A stretch of DNA of 64,000 nucleotides from Hemiscyllium ocellatum. Lineage: Eukaryota. Position 1 is the stretch's first letter, and the number at the start of each line of letters is the position of its first letter. Both the position numbers and the translations under genes were made by a program. This document shows, in pieces, positions 14,293-26,439 of this stretch. The stretch spans positions 80,537,731-80,601,730 of the forward strand of contig NC_083404.1 of assembly GCF_020745735.1 (NCBI RefSeq). The letters are read 5' to 3'. Under the pieces are notes generated by a model that saw only the letters and a list, made by a program, of their open reading frames with translations, was not told the DNA's origin and made no database searches.

Positions 14293-14801
14293 GGGTTAAT
14301 GTAACTCAAAGGCTTCCAATTTAGCACAGCTGCTATTTATTTTGGGAAGAGTTGCAGGGAAACATAAGAAATACAAGGAAACTAAAGAATAATGCAATGC
14401 TATCATGTAACATATGGGATCCATGGTGATAATAAACGTTATTCTACTCCATTAAAACTGCATCACTGAGTAGCGCCAAGACAAAATGCACTCTCCCAGA
14501 TTAATAACAAAAAAACACTAGAAGCAAGATGTCCTCATCTTCTCTTGTGAAATCCAAAGATCTGCCCTTAAAAACTGACAAAAACAATGCTGATCATTTA
14601 TATAGTTTCTTAATTAAGAATCTTGAGTCACATATAGAAATATGTAACAAAGAGAGAAAAATAAGATTTTGTTTTCTTACAGACAGAAGTCAGGAGAAAA
14701 TGAATAGAAAAAGTTAAAGGTTAAAAAGTAATGTATTTTAGATTGCAACATTATTTTCAGAACAGTTGTTTAGTGTAAAGATTAGATAATAATTGACTCA
14801 C

Positions 14802-14927
14802 CATTCCATTGGAATTATTTATTCCATTCATATTTATTTTCGTTACAAATCTAACAGTTGGAGCTACATCTGGATATTTACTCCCACACTCTATCTTCAG
14901 GCTGTATATTCTGTTTTCAAAACAAGT
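14802..14927 (-). CDS. UBE2V2: UBE2V2 exon 3
   Basis: ttttttttcAG|[42 protein letters not shown]|GTGAGT; 126 nt. Confidence 0.96.
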
Positions 14928-15720
14928 CTGAAAAAAAGAACACTAATACATGTAATATTTCATAGAACAAATGCAAAAACAATACAGCAGACATATCAAA
15001 AGTGATCCATAAGTCATTTGTAAAGTGCCTCACCAGACACTTACACTCGACTGCAACTGTCAAAGAGATGTCAGCTTTAACTGCATGTTTAGAAACTACT
15101 TCAAGCATTTTCATACACAAATGCTTCTATTTCCTTTCAGACAAAAAGATTAGCCAAGTACCAAGAATTTCAAATGTCCCTTCCTACTACTATTAGTTCT
15201 TTTGCTTCCTCTCCATAATGCATCAGCTCAGTGACACCAGTGGATTGCTCAGCATTGGTAAGGATCACATGATGAAAGGGTTTTACCAATCCAATGCTGG
15301 TCAAAATCATTGCCAGCACATACAAGAAAACTGCCTCAGGATAGTGTGCATGCCCTCCATTTAGCCCTCAATGCAACAGAATACTTATTGAAGGCAACTT
15401 GTCCACAAGGATAGGTACCCTCAGCAGGTCCTTGACTATATCGAGTTAACAGTATCTGAATTCCCAAACCTTCTGTACAACAGCAAAAGTCTACCTCTGA
15501 ACTTTCTACTCATCATCTTAAGCAATCAATACAGCACAAACATTAAAGGTATAACACAACGTGGTGGTAGATTACATCCATTCCGGAGTTCACAGGTATT
15601 TTGGCGCATATCAACCCTGACAGGAAAGTGGAAAACAGGAGTACAATTCTCAAAGGAACACAAGGAAAGAACATCTGCATGACGGTAATTTAACCCTATA
15701 TAGCATGTTAACATACTGAC

Positions 15721-15860
15721 CCTCGGTGGCCCAACAATCATTCCTGTCCATCGTGTGAGTGTCATGTCTTCATCATCTTCGAGCCCCCAGCTCACAGTTC
15801 CATCACCTACACCTTTCTGGCCTTCTTCAAGTTCTTCCAACAAACAAAAATTGCGAGGAA
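15721..15860 (-). CDS. UBE2V2: UBE2V2 exon 2
   Basis: ggacAG|(x)[46 protein letters not shown]|GTCAGT; 140 nt; ctaac branch-like motif upstream. Confidence 0.95.
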
Positions 15861-15956
15861 CTGTCCAACATGAAACAAAAAGTTAGTTAGTTGTCTAGGC
15901 TTAAGTCAAAGTCAAGATCTGCTAACCAAAAGAAAAATTTCATAAAATCAGAACTA

Positions 15957-16573
15957 CAGAGGAACCTCTATTATTTGAATATCAGATTATCCAAAGGTCC
16001 CACAAACACCTCACATCAAAGAAATACGTGCACTGTATTCGATTTACCTATACCGATGACGTGAAAACGCTGGCAAAAACAAAAACAGAAGCAACTCAAG
16101 CATCAGCAACTGGATTTTTTTTAGGTAAGGGTTGTTACATTGCCCTTTGCAGAAGTAAGCGCTTACAGTATCCCTGGCACTTTACTGGGCCGTTCATTCA
16201 AAAAAAGGCCAAGAACGTAAACGCATACGCAAGACAGGGCTTCTGTCTTTCTATCGCGAGACGGAAATCCCAGAAACGCATACTGGAAATAGTCTTGCAA
16301 TCGTAGAAGCAGTTCAGGACCTTGTTTAATGGTGGAATTTTATGGTAAGGGTTTAGTTCTTCTAATTTTAACCTGTAATTTGCAGACTACAAATATTAGT
16401 TTGTTTAAATGGCAGATTCACTAAAATTATAGATTTAGACAAATTCTCCAATAGAGCACAGCATTATATCAGTATGGGTTCCCCTGCTTTAAGCTAAAAT
16501 TGATTATCCGAATAATCAATTAATCGAACGAAATAGTGCCTGCCCATCTTATTTAATAACTGAGGTGTCTCCA
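15957..16573. mobile_element. Tigger/pogo-like non-autonomous DNA transposon (degenerate)
   Basis: TA + CAGAGGAACCTCtATTATttGAA at the left end; degenerate inverse (taataactgaggtgtctc) at the right; internal gattatccgaa subterminal repeats. Confidence 0.45.
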
Positions 16574-16704
16574 AGTGCTCTTTCAAAACACAACTGTACC
16601 TTACGTGTAAAGCAAGTTTTGTCTACAAATTCTAAGTTTGGACCTGAAAAGGTGTTTACAACTGGCTCAACAGAAATTGAATTTTAACTATAAACATGAA
16701 GGAG

Positions 16705-17075
16705 AAATGATGATAGTACTGGACTAGCAATTCAGACGTTCAAGCCAATGCCATGGGTTCATAGGTTCAAACCTGGCGATACAGGCACATGAAATCTGAA
16801 TTCAATTAACAAATCTGGAATATAAAGCTAGCCCTGATAATGGGGACCACAAAGTTATTTATTGCCTTGAAACCAACAGGATTTACAAATGTTCTTTAGG
16901 GGACAAATCTGCCATCCTTAACCTGATTTAACAACTTGACTGTACACCCTCCACAATGCAGGTGACTTTTTACTGCTCTCTGAAGTAGCCTAGCAAGCCG
17001 GTGGCTCCAAGGTCAATTAGAATGGGCAACAAATGCTGGCCTGGCCAGCAACGCTGTCATCCAATTAAGAAAACA
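16705..17075 (+). mobile_element. SINE-like repeat with tRNA-like head (second family; also at 17335-17640, 49330-49510 on -, and 62455-62795)
   Basis: Shared core ctgccatccttac...ggcctacatg..actccagaccc and 3' gggcaa.aaatgctggcctggccagc across copies. Confidence 0.65.
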
Positions 17076-17334
17076 GTAATTAGTCTTATGTTTAACACAT
17101 TGAAATTATTCCATAAAATAAGACATACACACAAGGTATTACTAGCAATACATAATTTAAAGATTGTTAGAAATCTTACACAGCTCCAAAATCTAGCAGC
17201 TTCTTAATCACATCCTGTTAATTCATATCAACAATGAGTTCATGTTTCAGTCTGTCAACTGCCTTACATCATATTCATTGACTCCTTGCAGACAAAAGTA
17301 ATTTTATTATGAATTTGACAATCTCAGATGGGAG

Positions 17335-18040
17335 GAAGCAATTGTAAAGTATTATGACTAGATTAGAATCCAGAGATTCAGGTAGTGGCCTGAATCCAAC
17401 CAAGCAGATGATGGAATTTAAGTTCAATTAAAAATAAAATCAGAGAATAAAGGTCTAATTATTACAACGACTGAATTCTGTATTGTCGGAAAGAGCTCCC
17501 TTGTTTACTAATACCCTTTGGGGACGACATCTGCCATCCTTACCTGATCTGGCCTACATGGAACTCCAGACCCACAGAAATGTGGTTGACTCTTAACTGT
17601 CCTCTGACATGATCTAGGAAGCCATTCAGTTGCATCAACTGCCAGAAAATCTCAAAATAGAATGAAACCTGATAGACCACCTGGCATCAAAGGCACCAGA
17701 AATGACAATCACAACCCTGCAAAGTCCTCCTCATATCTGAGGCCTAGTGTCAAAACAGAGAGCTGTACTATAATCAGTCAAGCAACAACTTGACATTGTT
17801 GTACACATGAAATCATACATTACTCACAACATCCCAGAAACCATCAGCATCCCTGGATATGCCCAGTCCTACCATAAAGACAGACCCACCAGAGATGGCG
17901 ATGCAGTCATATACAGTTAGGAGCACAATGCCTGGGAATACTCAACATTGATTATTAGGTATCACCTGCATTTCACTGATGAATCAATGCTTCTCCACAT
18001 TGAACACCACGTGGAGAAAGCACCCACAGAGGCACAGATC
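17335..18040 (+). mobile_element. Same SINE-like head continuing into LINE-like sequence
   Basis: Matches 62455-62730, then continues into degenerate endonuclease-like sequence (KQQLDIV...ESY...TISIPGY). Confidence 0.5.
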
Positions 18041-18647
18041 TGGATGGGATTTTTTTTTAAAAGATGATGCATTTTTGGCAATGACAGTCCTGAGAAATGT
18101 TAAAATTCAGATAAATAAAAGGTATCCTTGCACATGAATTATATGAAATAAGTGGGCAGGTACTGCAAGCAATTCAGTAGTTACATTCTCACTTGCATTT
18201 CCTCAAATCTTACAAAAGGAAATACTGAGATGAGGCAAGGTAAAATAGTATTTGTGCACACATATACAGTTATGCTTACTGTTGTGGTGGTTCTGTTTGC
18301 CGAGCTGGGAATTTGATTGACATCATGCCCATAAATATTTGCTTTCTCCACTGCCACTCAGTAACAGCAGTGTTGCTAAGGCTGCTCAGGAGATAACACC
18401 TTTCAAAGTCATGACCGCCAGCATCTAGAAAGACAAGTGCAGCAAATACATAGGAACACCACCATTTGCAAAACACCTTTTAAAGTCACTCAACATCCTG
18501 ACTTGGAAATATACTATGGTTCCTTAAGTGTTGTTGGCTTTGTTCTGTTACAATCTGAAGAACGTGAGAGCAATTCTGGACATGAGTTTCCTATCCAACT
18601 ATGAATAGACAGTGTAGTTTCATTTGATAAAGCCTAGTAAAAGAAGG

Positions 18648-18743
18648 GCAGTCCTGATGAAGGGCTTATGCCCGAAACGTCGAATTTCCTGTTCCTTGGA
18701 TGCTGCCTGACCTGCTGCACTTTTCCAGCAACACATTTTCAGC
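18648..18743 (+). mobile_element. 96-bp Penelope-derived mini-element (family A 3' end) with 15-bp TSD
   Basis: TSD cctagtaaaagaagg at 18633-18647 and 18744-18758; the empty site is present in the opposite arm (19604-19618). Confidence 0.92.
18650..18685 (+). ncRNA. Minimal type I hammerhead ribozyme motif (family A)
   Basis: aguc-CUGAUGA-a-gggc(uuau)gccc-GAAA-CG-UC-gaau; core intact, palindromic ACGU stem III, one mismatch in stem I. Confidence 0.75.
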
Positions 18744-19340
18744 CCTAGTAAAAGAAGGCTTGTTTATTTTCGGATAGGACTAGATTAAAAGAAAACTCAT
18801 TGAGTGTGAATAGTTAGTCCACTTGACACAGACAGTGTAGCATTTACATTATTGCAAGGAGATTTAATGACTTAAGTTGAAGTGAGATTTAAAGTAAGCA
18901 TAACTCAAAGTTTGTGAGAAGATTTGTAGCTCGGGTGCTCGTTGTTGTGGTTTTGTTCCCCGAGCTGGGAATTTGTGTTGCAGATGTTTCTCCCCCTGTC
19001 TAGGTGACATCCTCAGTGCTTGGGAGCCTCCTGTGAAGCGCTTCTGTGATGTTTCCTCCGGCATTTGTAGTAGTTTGAATCTGCCGTTTCCGGTTGTCAG
19101 TTCCAGCTGTCCGCTGCAGTGGTCGGTATATTGGGTCCAGGTCGATGTGCTTATTGATTGAATCTGTGGATGAGTGCCATGCCTCTAGGAATTCCCTGGC
19201 TGTTCTCTGTGAATTCCTGTGAACCCCAATATACTGACCACTGCAGCGGACAGCTGGAACTGACAACCCGAAGCGGCAGATTCAAACTACTACAAATGCC
19301 GGAGGAAACATCACAGAAGCGCTTCACAGGAGGCTCCCAA

Positions 19341-19380
19341 GCACTGAGGATGTCACCTAGACAGGGGGAGAAACATCTGC
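19341..19380 (+). ncRNA. Partly decayed hammerhead motif of the Poseidon-type PLE (mirror copy at 18980-19019 on -)
   Basis: gca-CUGAGGA-u-gucaccuagacaggggga-GAAA-CA-UC-ugc; stem I gca/ugc; stem III palindrome broken (ACAU). Confidence 0.55.
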
Positions 19381-20777
19381 AACACAAATTCCCAGCTTGG
19401 GGAACAGAACCACAACAACGAGCACCCGAGCTACAAATCTTCTCACAAACTTTGAGTTATGCTTACTTTAAATCTCACTTCAACTTAAGTCATTAAATCT
19501 CCTTGCAATAATGTAAATGCTACACTGTCTGTGTCAAGTGGACTAACTATTCACTCTCTCAATGAGTTTTCTTTTAATCTAGTCCTATCCGAAAATAAAC
19601 AAGCCTTCTTTTACTAGGCTTTATCACATGAAACTACACTGTCTATTCATAGTTGGATAGGAAACTCATGTCCAGAATTGCTCTCACGTTCTTCAGATTG
19701 TAACAGAACAAAGCCAACAACACTTAAGGAACCACAATATATTTCCAAGTCAGGATGTTGAGTGACTTTAAAAGGTGTTTTGCAAATGGTGGTGTTCCTA
19801 TGTATTTGCTGCACTTGTCTTTCTAGATGCTGGCGGTCATGACTTTGAAAGGTGTCATCGCCTGAGCAGCCTTAGCAACACTGCTGTTACTGAGTGGCAG
19901 TGGAGAAAGCAAATATTTATGGGCATGATGTCAATCAAGTAGGCTGCTCTGTCCAGGGAAGTGTCAAGTTTGAATGTTGTCAGAGCTTCATACTCCATCA
20001 TGCTCCTGATTCATACCTTGCACGTAGTGAACAGGCTTTGGGCAGTCAGGGTAAGAGTTACTGACTGCAGGATTCTTAGCTTCTCTTGTATCCACAGTAC
20101 TTGTATGGTATATTCAGTTCAGCTTCTCTTTAAAGGCAATCTCAAGGACAGTAATAGATGCATCTGCTTGATGAGTGTCAACATGAGAAATTTGCCTTTT
20201 AGAGAGCTACACATTTAGGATTATTCTAGATGATGTCCAAAATATAACATAAGCAGTGATTTCAGCTGTTAAACTTCCCTTCCTTCTGTCAGCTCTCTCT
20301 GCCTCTTTCCACTTAGAGCACTGATTTATCATGCTTAGTGCTCCTCCGAGAACAGGTTATTCTTAACTCATGTTTGTTGCTGAAACCCTCACCAGTAAGG
20401 GTTAAACATAGACTGTGAGATCTCTAATCTGATTACAGTTTACAGTAGGATTCAACCCAGGAAAACACTGGTTTACTTTCAATAAGGGCTTCACCACCGA
20501 CTGACTTCTGGTGGCAAGTGAACCTAGAGCCTTCTTGATTCCATTATATATGGCAAATAGATTTCCACTGCTGCAGACAGTATCTTTTTTTGACATTGGT
20601 AGATCCAATCCAAGCTGTATCACCCTGTCATTTTCACAACTACTTATTTACTTTCAAGGTATCCAGTGCTGAAACTATTTCGTTTATGTGGTGTGATAGG
20701 TGAGGTTTTGATTTAACAGGTTCACATGGGTCAAAAAGTCTTGCACTTCATTTACTATTCTGACATTAATCAAAGAG

Positions 20778-21771
20778 GAGAAAGTGAGGACTGTAGATGC
20801 TGGAGCTCAGAGTTGAGTGTGTGTTACTGGGAAAGCACAGCAGGTCAGGCAGCATCCAAGGAGGAGGATCAAGGTTTCAGGCATAAGCGCTTCATTGGGA
20901 AGGAGGCTTGTGGGCCAGGGCTGAGATAAATGGGAGGGAGGTAGCTGAGAAGGTGATAGGTGGATGAAGGTGAGGGAGAATGTGATAGGTCAGAGTGGGT
21001 AGTGGTGGACAGGTCCGGAGGGCGGTGCCAAGTTGGGATAATGTGGGGGGGATGGGAAATGTGGAAACATTTATCCCGTGTGGTCCCATGATGGAGTATG
21101 ATGTGTTCTTTCTCCAGTTGTTGGGTGGTAGTGGCTTGGTGGTGGAGGCGGCCCAGGAGCTGCAAGTCCTTGACTGCGTGGGAGGGGGAGCTGAAGTGTT
21201 CAGCCACAGGTCGGTGGGTACGGGTGTCCCAGAAGTGATCTCTGAAACGATCCACAGAAGGCGACCTGTCTTCCCAAAATAGATGTCATCTAATGCATCT
21301 GGTGTGGTCTCCTCTACGTCCCCTCCCCCTCTATCAAGGACATGCAGTTCCTGGGCATTCTCCACTGCCAAACCATTACCACCCGAGGCATGGAGAAAGA
21401 ACGCCTCATATTCTGCCTTGGAACCCTGCAACCACATGGGATAAATGTGGAGTTCAAAAAACTTATTTCCCATTCTCCCATTCCTCCCCACCCCTCCCAA
21501 ACCAACATTATCCCAGTTCCAAGCTGCCAACTCAGCACCACCCTGCGGACCGGTCCATCAGTCCCCTGTGACCTATCACCTTCTCCCTCACCTTCATCCA
21601 CTTATCACTTTCTCAGCTACCTTCCCCCAAACCCCACCCCACTCCCATTTATCTCTTGGCCCCAGCCCACAAGCTTCATTCCTGAAGGGCTTATGCCCAA
21701 AATGTTGATTCACCTGCTCCTCTGATGCTTCCTGACTGCTGTGCTTCCCCAGCAACACACTCTCCACTTTG
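20778..21771. mobile_element. Head-to-head inverted pair of Penelope-like (Neptune-type) GIY-YIG/3'-end fragments, family A
   Basis: IYFGKTGRLL / DRFRDH...PVAEHFSSPSH...(-) and MQFLGILHCQTITTRGMEKERLIFCLGTLQPHGINVEF (+); possible TSD at(c/t)aaagag at 20769-20777 and 21772-21780; both hammerheads decayed. Confidence 0.85.
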
Positions 21772-23599
21772 ATTAAAGAGTCTATCTACCTAATTCATAC
21801 TAAGTAAAATTGAAAAAACATTGATAGAGATAACAAATCTGCAACATATGAAAAGTGGCGTTTGCCTGGGGGAAGACTTAAGGCAAAAGCAAGTGAGAAC
21901 CTAACGATATAGGTTCCACGCTTCCCAATTTTTTGGAATTAAATGGAAGGATACGGTCGAAACGTGAAACAAGTGTACAATGTTGTCAACATTAAGACTT
22001 TATTAGCTTTGACTAGCATTTTTAAAAACAAGTTGACTGTACTTCAAATTAGCTCGTTATTCTTTCCAAGACTGGATAGATCCTGCGAAATGATTTTTGA
22101 CACAAACCTGCCAAAGTTTAAGATTCTCCAGTTTGGCACCATTTAGCCATGTCAGACAAAAAATAGGAAAGATGTCCCAATGAAAACAGGCATATGGAGG
22201 AGAGAACAGGCATAAGCCCTTCACTGCAATATATTGCTTTGGCTTACACTAATAATGTTAACTTATGCTGGGTACAGCAAGCAAACAACATCTAAACAGC
22301 CAACATTGAGGGGTGGGGAAAATAATCTTCTACATTTGGTTAGCTTTCAGTATCAAGCATTCCCAATTAGAAGAGTGAAAATAGAAAAATAAATCAATTT
22401 GTTTTATGTTACAAAGTCACCATGGAACAAGTTACAAGACATTTTGCTACACAGATGTTACAAATTGGATACAATAAAAATACTAAGGGAGCTTGAAAAT
22501 TGTTCAAAATAAGCTCTCTCTCCAGACAAGAAAGTGTATCGACTGACAGCTTCCTATATAAGCCATTTATAGAGTCTCAGCATAAACTTACATGAAAACA
22601 CAATTGACAGCAAGAGACAGCTTCTTTTCAATTGTAAATTCTTAACATCAATTGCCTGATCTATAGAGTTGCTGACTAATGTAGCAAAATAGTATTTTGC
22701 TACTCTCATTCCTCTAATAATAAAAAAGAGCATCACCCACAGAAGTTTACATTGCATACTGACCGAGAGTATACAAGCTAGCAAAACAAAATAAATGCTG
22801 CCACATCAATAACCTTCCAGATGTCATATCATCTGCATACCAAAACTATTCATATTTCCAGCAATGCTGCAATCAGTTACAAACTATATGCTATTTCAGC
22901 ATATTACTTGAAACAACTTGAAGTGATGACAAACATATCTATCTGAATAACCCAAGCTTGCACTTGATTCTGAGGCATTTGAGACACCCTAAATTTCCAC
23001 ATTAGCATAATCAGGTAATGGTCATTTTATTATTTCACCACACAGTAGTTTAACTAGTATGTTTAAAATTCTTTAGTATCACATTTGCAAAATACGCTAA
23101 TTCTTTCACATAACACTTTTCACAAAACATTTTCAAAATTGCTCTGGAGAGGAGAAAGTAAGTTGGCAGAAAAGGACAGAGTGAAAACATTATTCCTATG
23201 CCTATCAAGAAAGTTCCCAAAATGCCTCTTGAAGTTGAGAAAGCATTGGTGAAATAGAAGCTTAGCAGAATTTCAGATGTTTTATTCATTCCAGTTTCTT
23301 GCACTTTAGCTTTGAAAATAGTAGTCTTTGATTGGTGCAGCATGGATTAAGATCCATTTTCAAATGCAGAACCTATGTTTCATCTCTGATTGAGACCTCA
23401 ACACGGAGAAAATTTAATTACACTTTACAAGGTAAGTTTATGTCCCAATTCTCTGTCAATTCTCTGGAGATTCTTCTTATAAATTAAGTTAGTAATTTTT
23501 TAAAAAAAGTAATATAACCAAAGTTCACAAAATTTCACATTCTTATTGGCACTTTTTAGCTTACTGCCACCTACTGGACTTCTATTGATTTTACTTAAC

Positions 23600-23870
23600 T
23601 CTGCCTACTGCTAATGGTTTTTAAACATTGTAACTATACCCGTATTCACCACTTCCTCTGGAAGTTCATTCCACACATGAACCACTGTGTAAAACAAAAA
23701 TTGTCTCACATATCTTTAAATCTTTCTCCTTTCCACCTTAAAAATGCTTGAAATCCCCAGTCCTAGGAAAAAGATCTCTGCCATTCACTTTATCTATACC
23801 CCTCAATATTTTATAAATCTCTATAAGGTCACCTCTCAACCAAGTCTGTTCACATTATTCCTACATTCAC
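23600..23870 (-). mobile_element. CR1 LINE 3' fragment
   Basis: ttcaccacttcctctgg...ttttataaatctctataaggtcacc, shared with the other CR1 copies. Confidence 0.75.
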
Positions 23871-25773
23871 ATAGGCTGATGGACCTCAATACCTGGACAG
23901 CCAAAAGGTTGTCTACTTTAAATATATTCAAAGGAGCATCCAGAACCCAAGCAAAGGATTCCAAAAATACACAACCACTTGACTGAAAACAGTTCTCAGA
24001 CCTATGGTCGATCACCTATCCAGAGGCTTAGGTTCTAGATTTTAGTATTTTAGATTCCAAAATCATGTTAAATGTCTCAGCATGCATCGTCAAGCCCCTT
24101 CAAAGCTTTGTATGTTTCAAAAAGATCACTTTTCGTCCCTCTAAATTCTATAGTGTTGGCCCAATTGCCCAGTATTTTAGAAAAGCCCTCTTATCCCATG
24201 AACTAAAAAGTAAGTGAGGTCATAACTTTCCAATAATTAGTCATATAACTTCAGGCTAACCAATGTAAGAATGCTTTGTAGTGCACGGCTTTCATCCTAT
24301 GACAACTGTTTTAAAACCCGTGTGTTAGAATCTAATGTGCACAAGTCTATGATCAGTTTGAGCTTTAATTTATTTTAGGTAAAGAATTATTGCGGAATCT
24401 CACAGTTCTTGAGGTAAGGAAAATGATTTTTTTGAATTCTTAGATATATCAGTTGGGCTGATAGCTTATCACTAGGAGGTAAACAACATATTCTAAGCAG
24501 AGACATTATTTGCCTTTTGGAGCCATCTTGACTTGGCAAAGATCTACTGGATTAGTCTTATACATTGGACAGTCTAAAAATAAATGGTGTGCAAGTGTGA
24601 ATAAGGACAGATAAGAAGTGATGTCACTACACTGACCATAACTTTTCAAGGAATCAATCTGGAATTAGGCAGACTACCTCTCCAATCCAAGACTGCCCAT
24701 GAATGATTTAAGTTCTCAAACAGCCAATTAGAGCTCACTTGTCTTTGATCAAGCTGAAGCTGTAGTGGTTCAGTAATGGTTAATCAGGCTTCAGTTATAA
24801 TAGTTTGATGCACAAGGAGAAAGACCAAAGGCCGAAGAACTGCAGTTATTGGAACAGAACAAGAGATTGATACTTTGTCAACCAGTGTCTCAAGCTAGCA
24901 TCCCAGTGGATCAACTATATTAAATACCGTTTTTTTGGTTTAAAAAAACCCAAAATTCTTGAAACATTTAGACCTGGAATGAGTCTTGCAACTAATCAAG
25001 ACTGGTAAACTTTAGACTGAGCTTAAGAAAGTCAATCTGTAATTGTAACTGAGAACTTTGTGGTGCAATGATAGTATCCCTACCTCTAGCCAGGAGTCCT
25101 GGGTTCAAGTCCCATCTGCTCAAACAGTGCTTAATAACTTCAATGACATTTTCTAATCACTGTTCAATGATTGTAATTTATCAAAACAGGTTGGTTAAAA
25201 ATAACTTACAATTGTAATCAACCTAAGTATTAAAAATAAAGTGAAAGCACACCTTAATCTTACACTTCAAGAAGGGAGGAAGTAGGCAAAAAACAGGAAA
25301 TTACAGAAACTGTAGTTTGCTTGATGCTTACGATGGAGGTAGATATTAGAATCATTGAGATGGTTACAGTTGAGTATTTTTAAAAATCTCATTATCAGAA
25401 AGCATCAACATGGTTTTGAGAAAAGAAAATCATGTTTAACATTTAAAAAAAAGTTTCTGAAGTAGTAACTTGCTGTGCATAATGGGAGCCATAGACATAT
25501 GGTGATGAGTTTCCAGAAGGCATTGACAAGGTATTCTACATAAAAGGTTATTATGCAAAACAGGAGATCATGGTGTAGGGGGTAATATATTAGTGTGGAC
25601 AAACGATGGGTCAGCAGGCAGAAAACAGTTTATGCATAAATAGTTAGCATAATGCAGATGACAAAGATAGGTTGGAAAGTATCTGAAAAGCACAGGTGAT
25701 GGTTGTAGACTGATAAGTTGAACAAGTGGGTAAAAATCTGGCATGAGCATAACGTGGTGAAAAAGATAGTAGT

Positions 25774-26432
25774 CATGATTTGGAGATGCTGGTGTTGGAC
25801 TGGGGTGGACAAAGTTAAAAATCCACAACACCAGATTATAGTCCAACAGGTTTAATTGGAAGCACACTAGCTTTTGGAGCGACGCTCCTTCATCAGGTGA
25901 TTGCGGAGGGCTCGATCGTAACAGAATTTATAGCAAAAATTTGCAGTGTGATGTAACTGAAATTATACATTGAAAAATTGATTGTCTGTTAAGCCTTTCA
26001 TCTGTTAGAATACAGTGATAGTTTCATTTCTTTCATGCGTAAATCACAAAACCCTTCTTTTTAAAGTTGCATTCTTGGGTTAGCTGCTAACAATGGTGAT
26101 AGCTAGACAATATGTTGAAGCGAGACAACATGTTGTCTAGCTATCACCATTGTTAGCAGCTAACCCAAAAATGCAACTTTAAAAAGGGTTTTGTGATTTA
26201 CACATGAAAGAAATGAAACAATCACTGTATTCTAACAGATGAAACACTTAAAGACAATCAATTTTTCAATGTATAATTTCAGTTACATCACACTGCAAAT
26301 TTTTGCTATAAATTCTGTGTTACGATCGAGCCCTCCAATATCACCTGATGAAGGAGCGTCTCTCCGAAAGCTAGTGTGCTTCCAATTAAACCTGTTGGAC
26401 TATAACCTGGTGTTGTGTGATTTTTAACTTTG
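25774..26432. mobile_element. Inverted pair of Penelope-like 3' ends (family B): arms 25810-26117 and 26126-26432, plus a 36-nt tail at 25774-25809
   Basis: ~307-bp reverse-complementary arms with an 8-nt spacer; each arm contains a hammerhead motif. Confidence 0.92.
26342..26376 (+). ncRNA. Intact minimal type I hammerhead ribozyme motif (family B)
   Basis: cac-CUGAUGA-a-ggag(cgucu)cucc-GAAA-GC-UA-gug; stems I and II pair, palindromic AGCU stem III. The mirror copy at 25865-25899(-) has GAAA>AAAA. Confidence 0.8.
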
Positions 26433-26439
26433 GAGAAAG

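Larger units (their letters stand above)
18281..19454. mobile_element. Complex Penelope-like (Poseidon-type) insertion bounded by a 13-bp TSD
   Basis: TSD agttatgcttact at 18268-18280 and 19455-19467; GIY-YIG C-terminal peptide RTAREFLEAWHSSTDSINKHIDLDPIYRPL (ORF 19000..19266); element 3' ends face outward. Confidence 0.85.
18313..19938. repeat. Long inverted repeat: arms 18313-19135 and 19225-19938, 89-nt spacer
   Basis: By eye, the arms are reverse complements over ~713 bp with ~11 substitutions, a 2-nt indel and a 111-nt insertion in the left arm; mirrored ORFs 18864..19064(-) and 19158..19496(+). Confidence 0.97.

Noticed and set aside
18864-19496. Duplicated small genes (mirrored ORFs)
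   Set aside because: They are alternative frames of the PLE 3' end, duplicated by the inversion.
18313-19938. Inverted repeat as a sequencing or assembly fold-back artefact
   Set aside because: The arms differ by about a dozen changes and by a TSD-flanked insertion, and the whole structure is bounded by a TSD. Read-level confirmation is still advisable.
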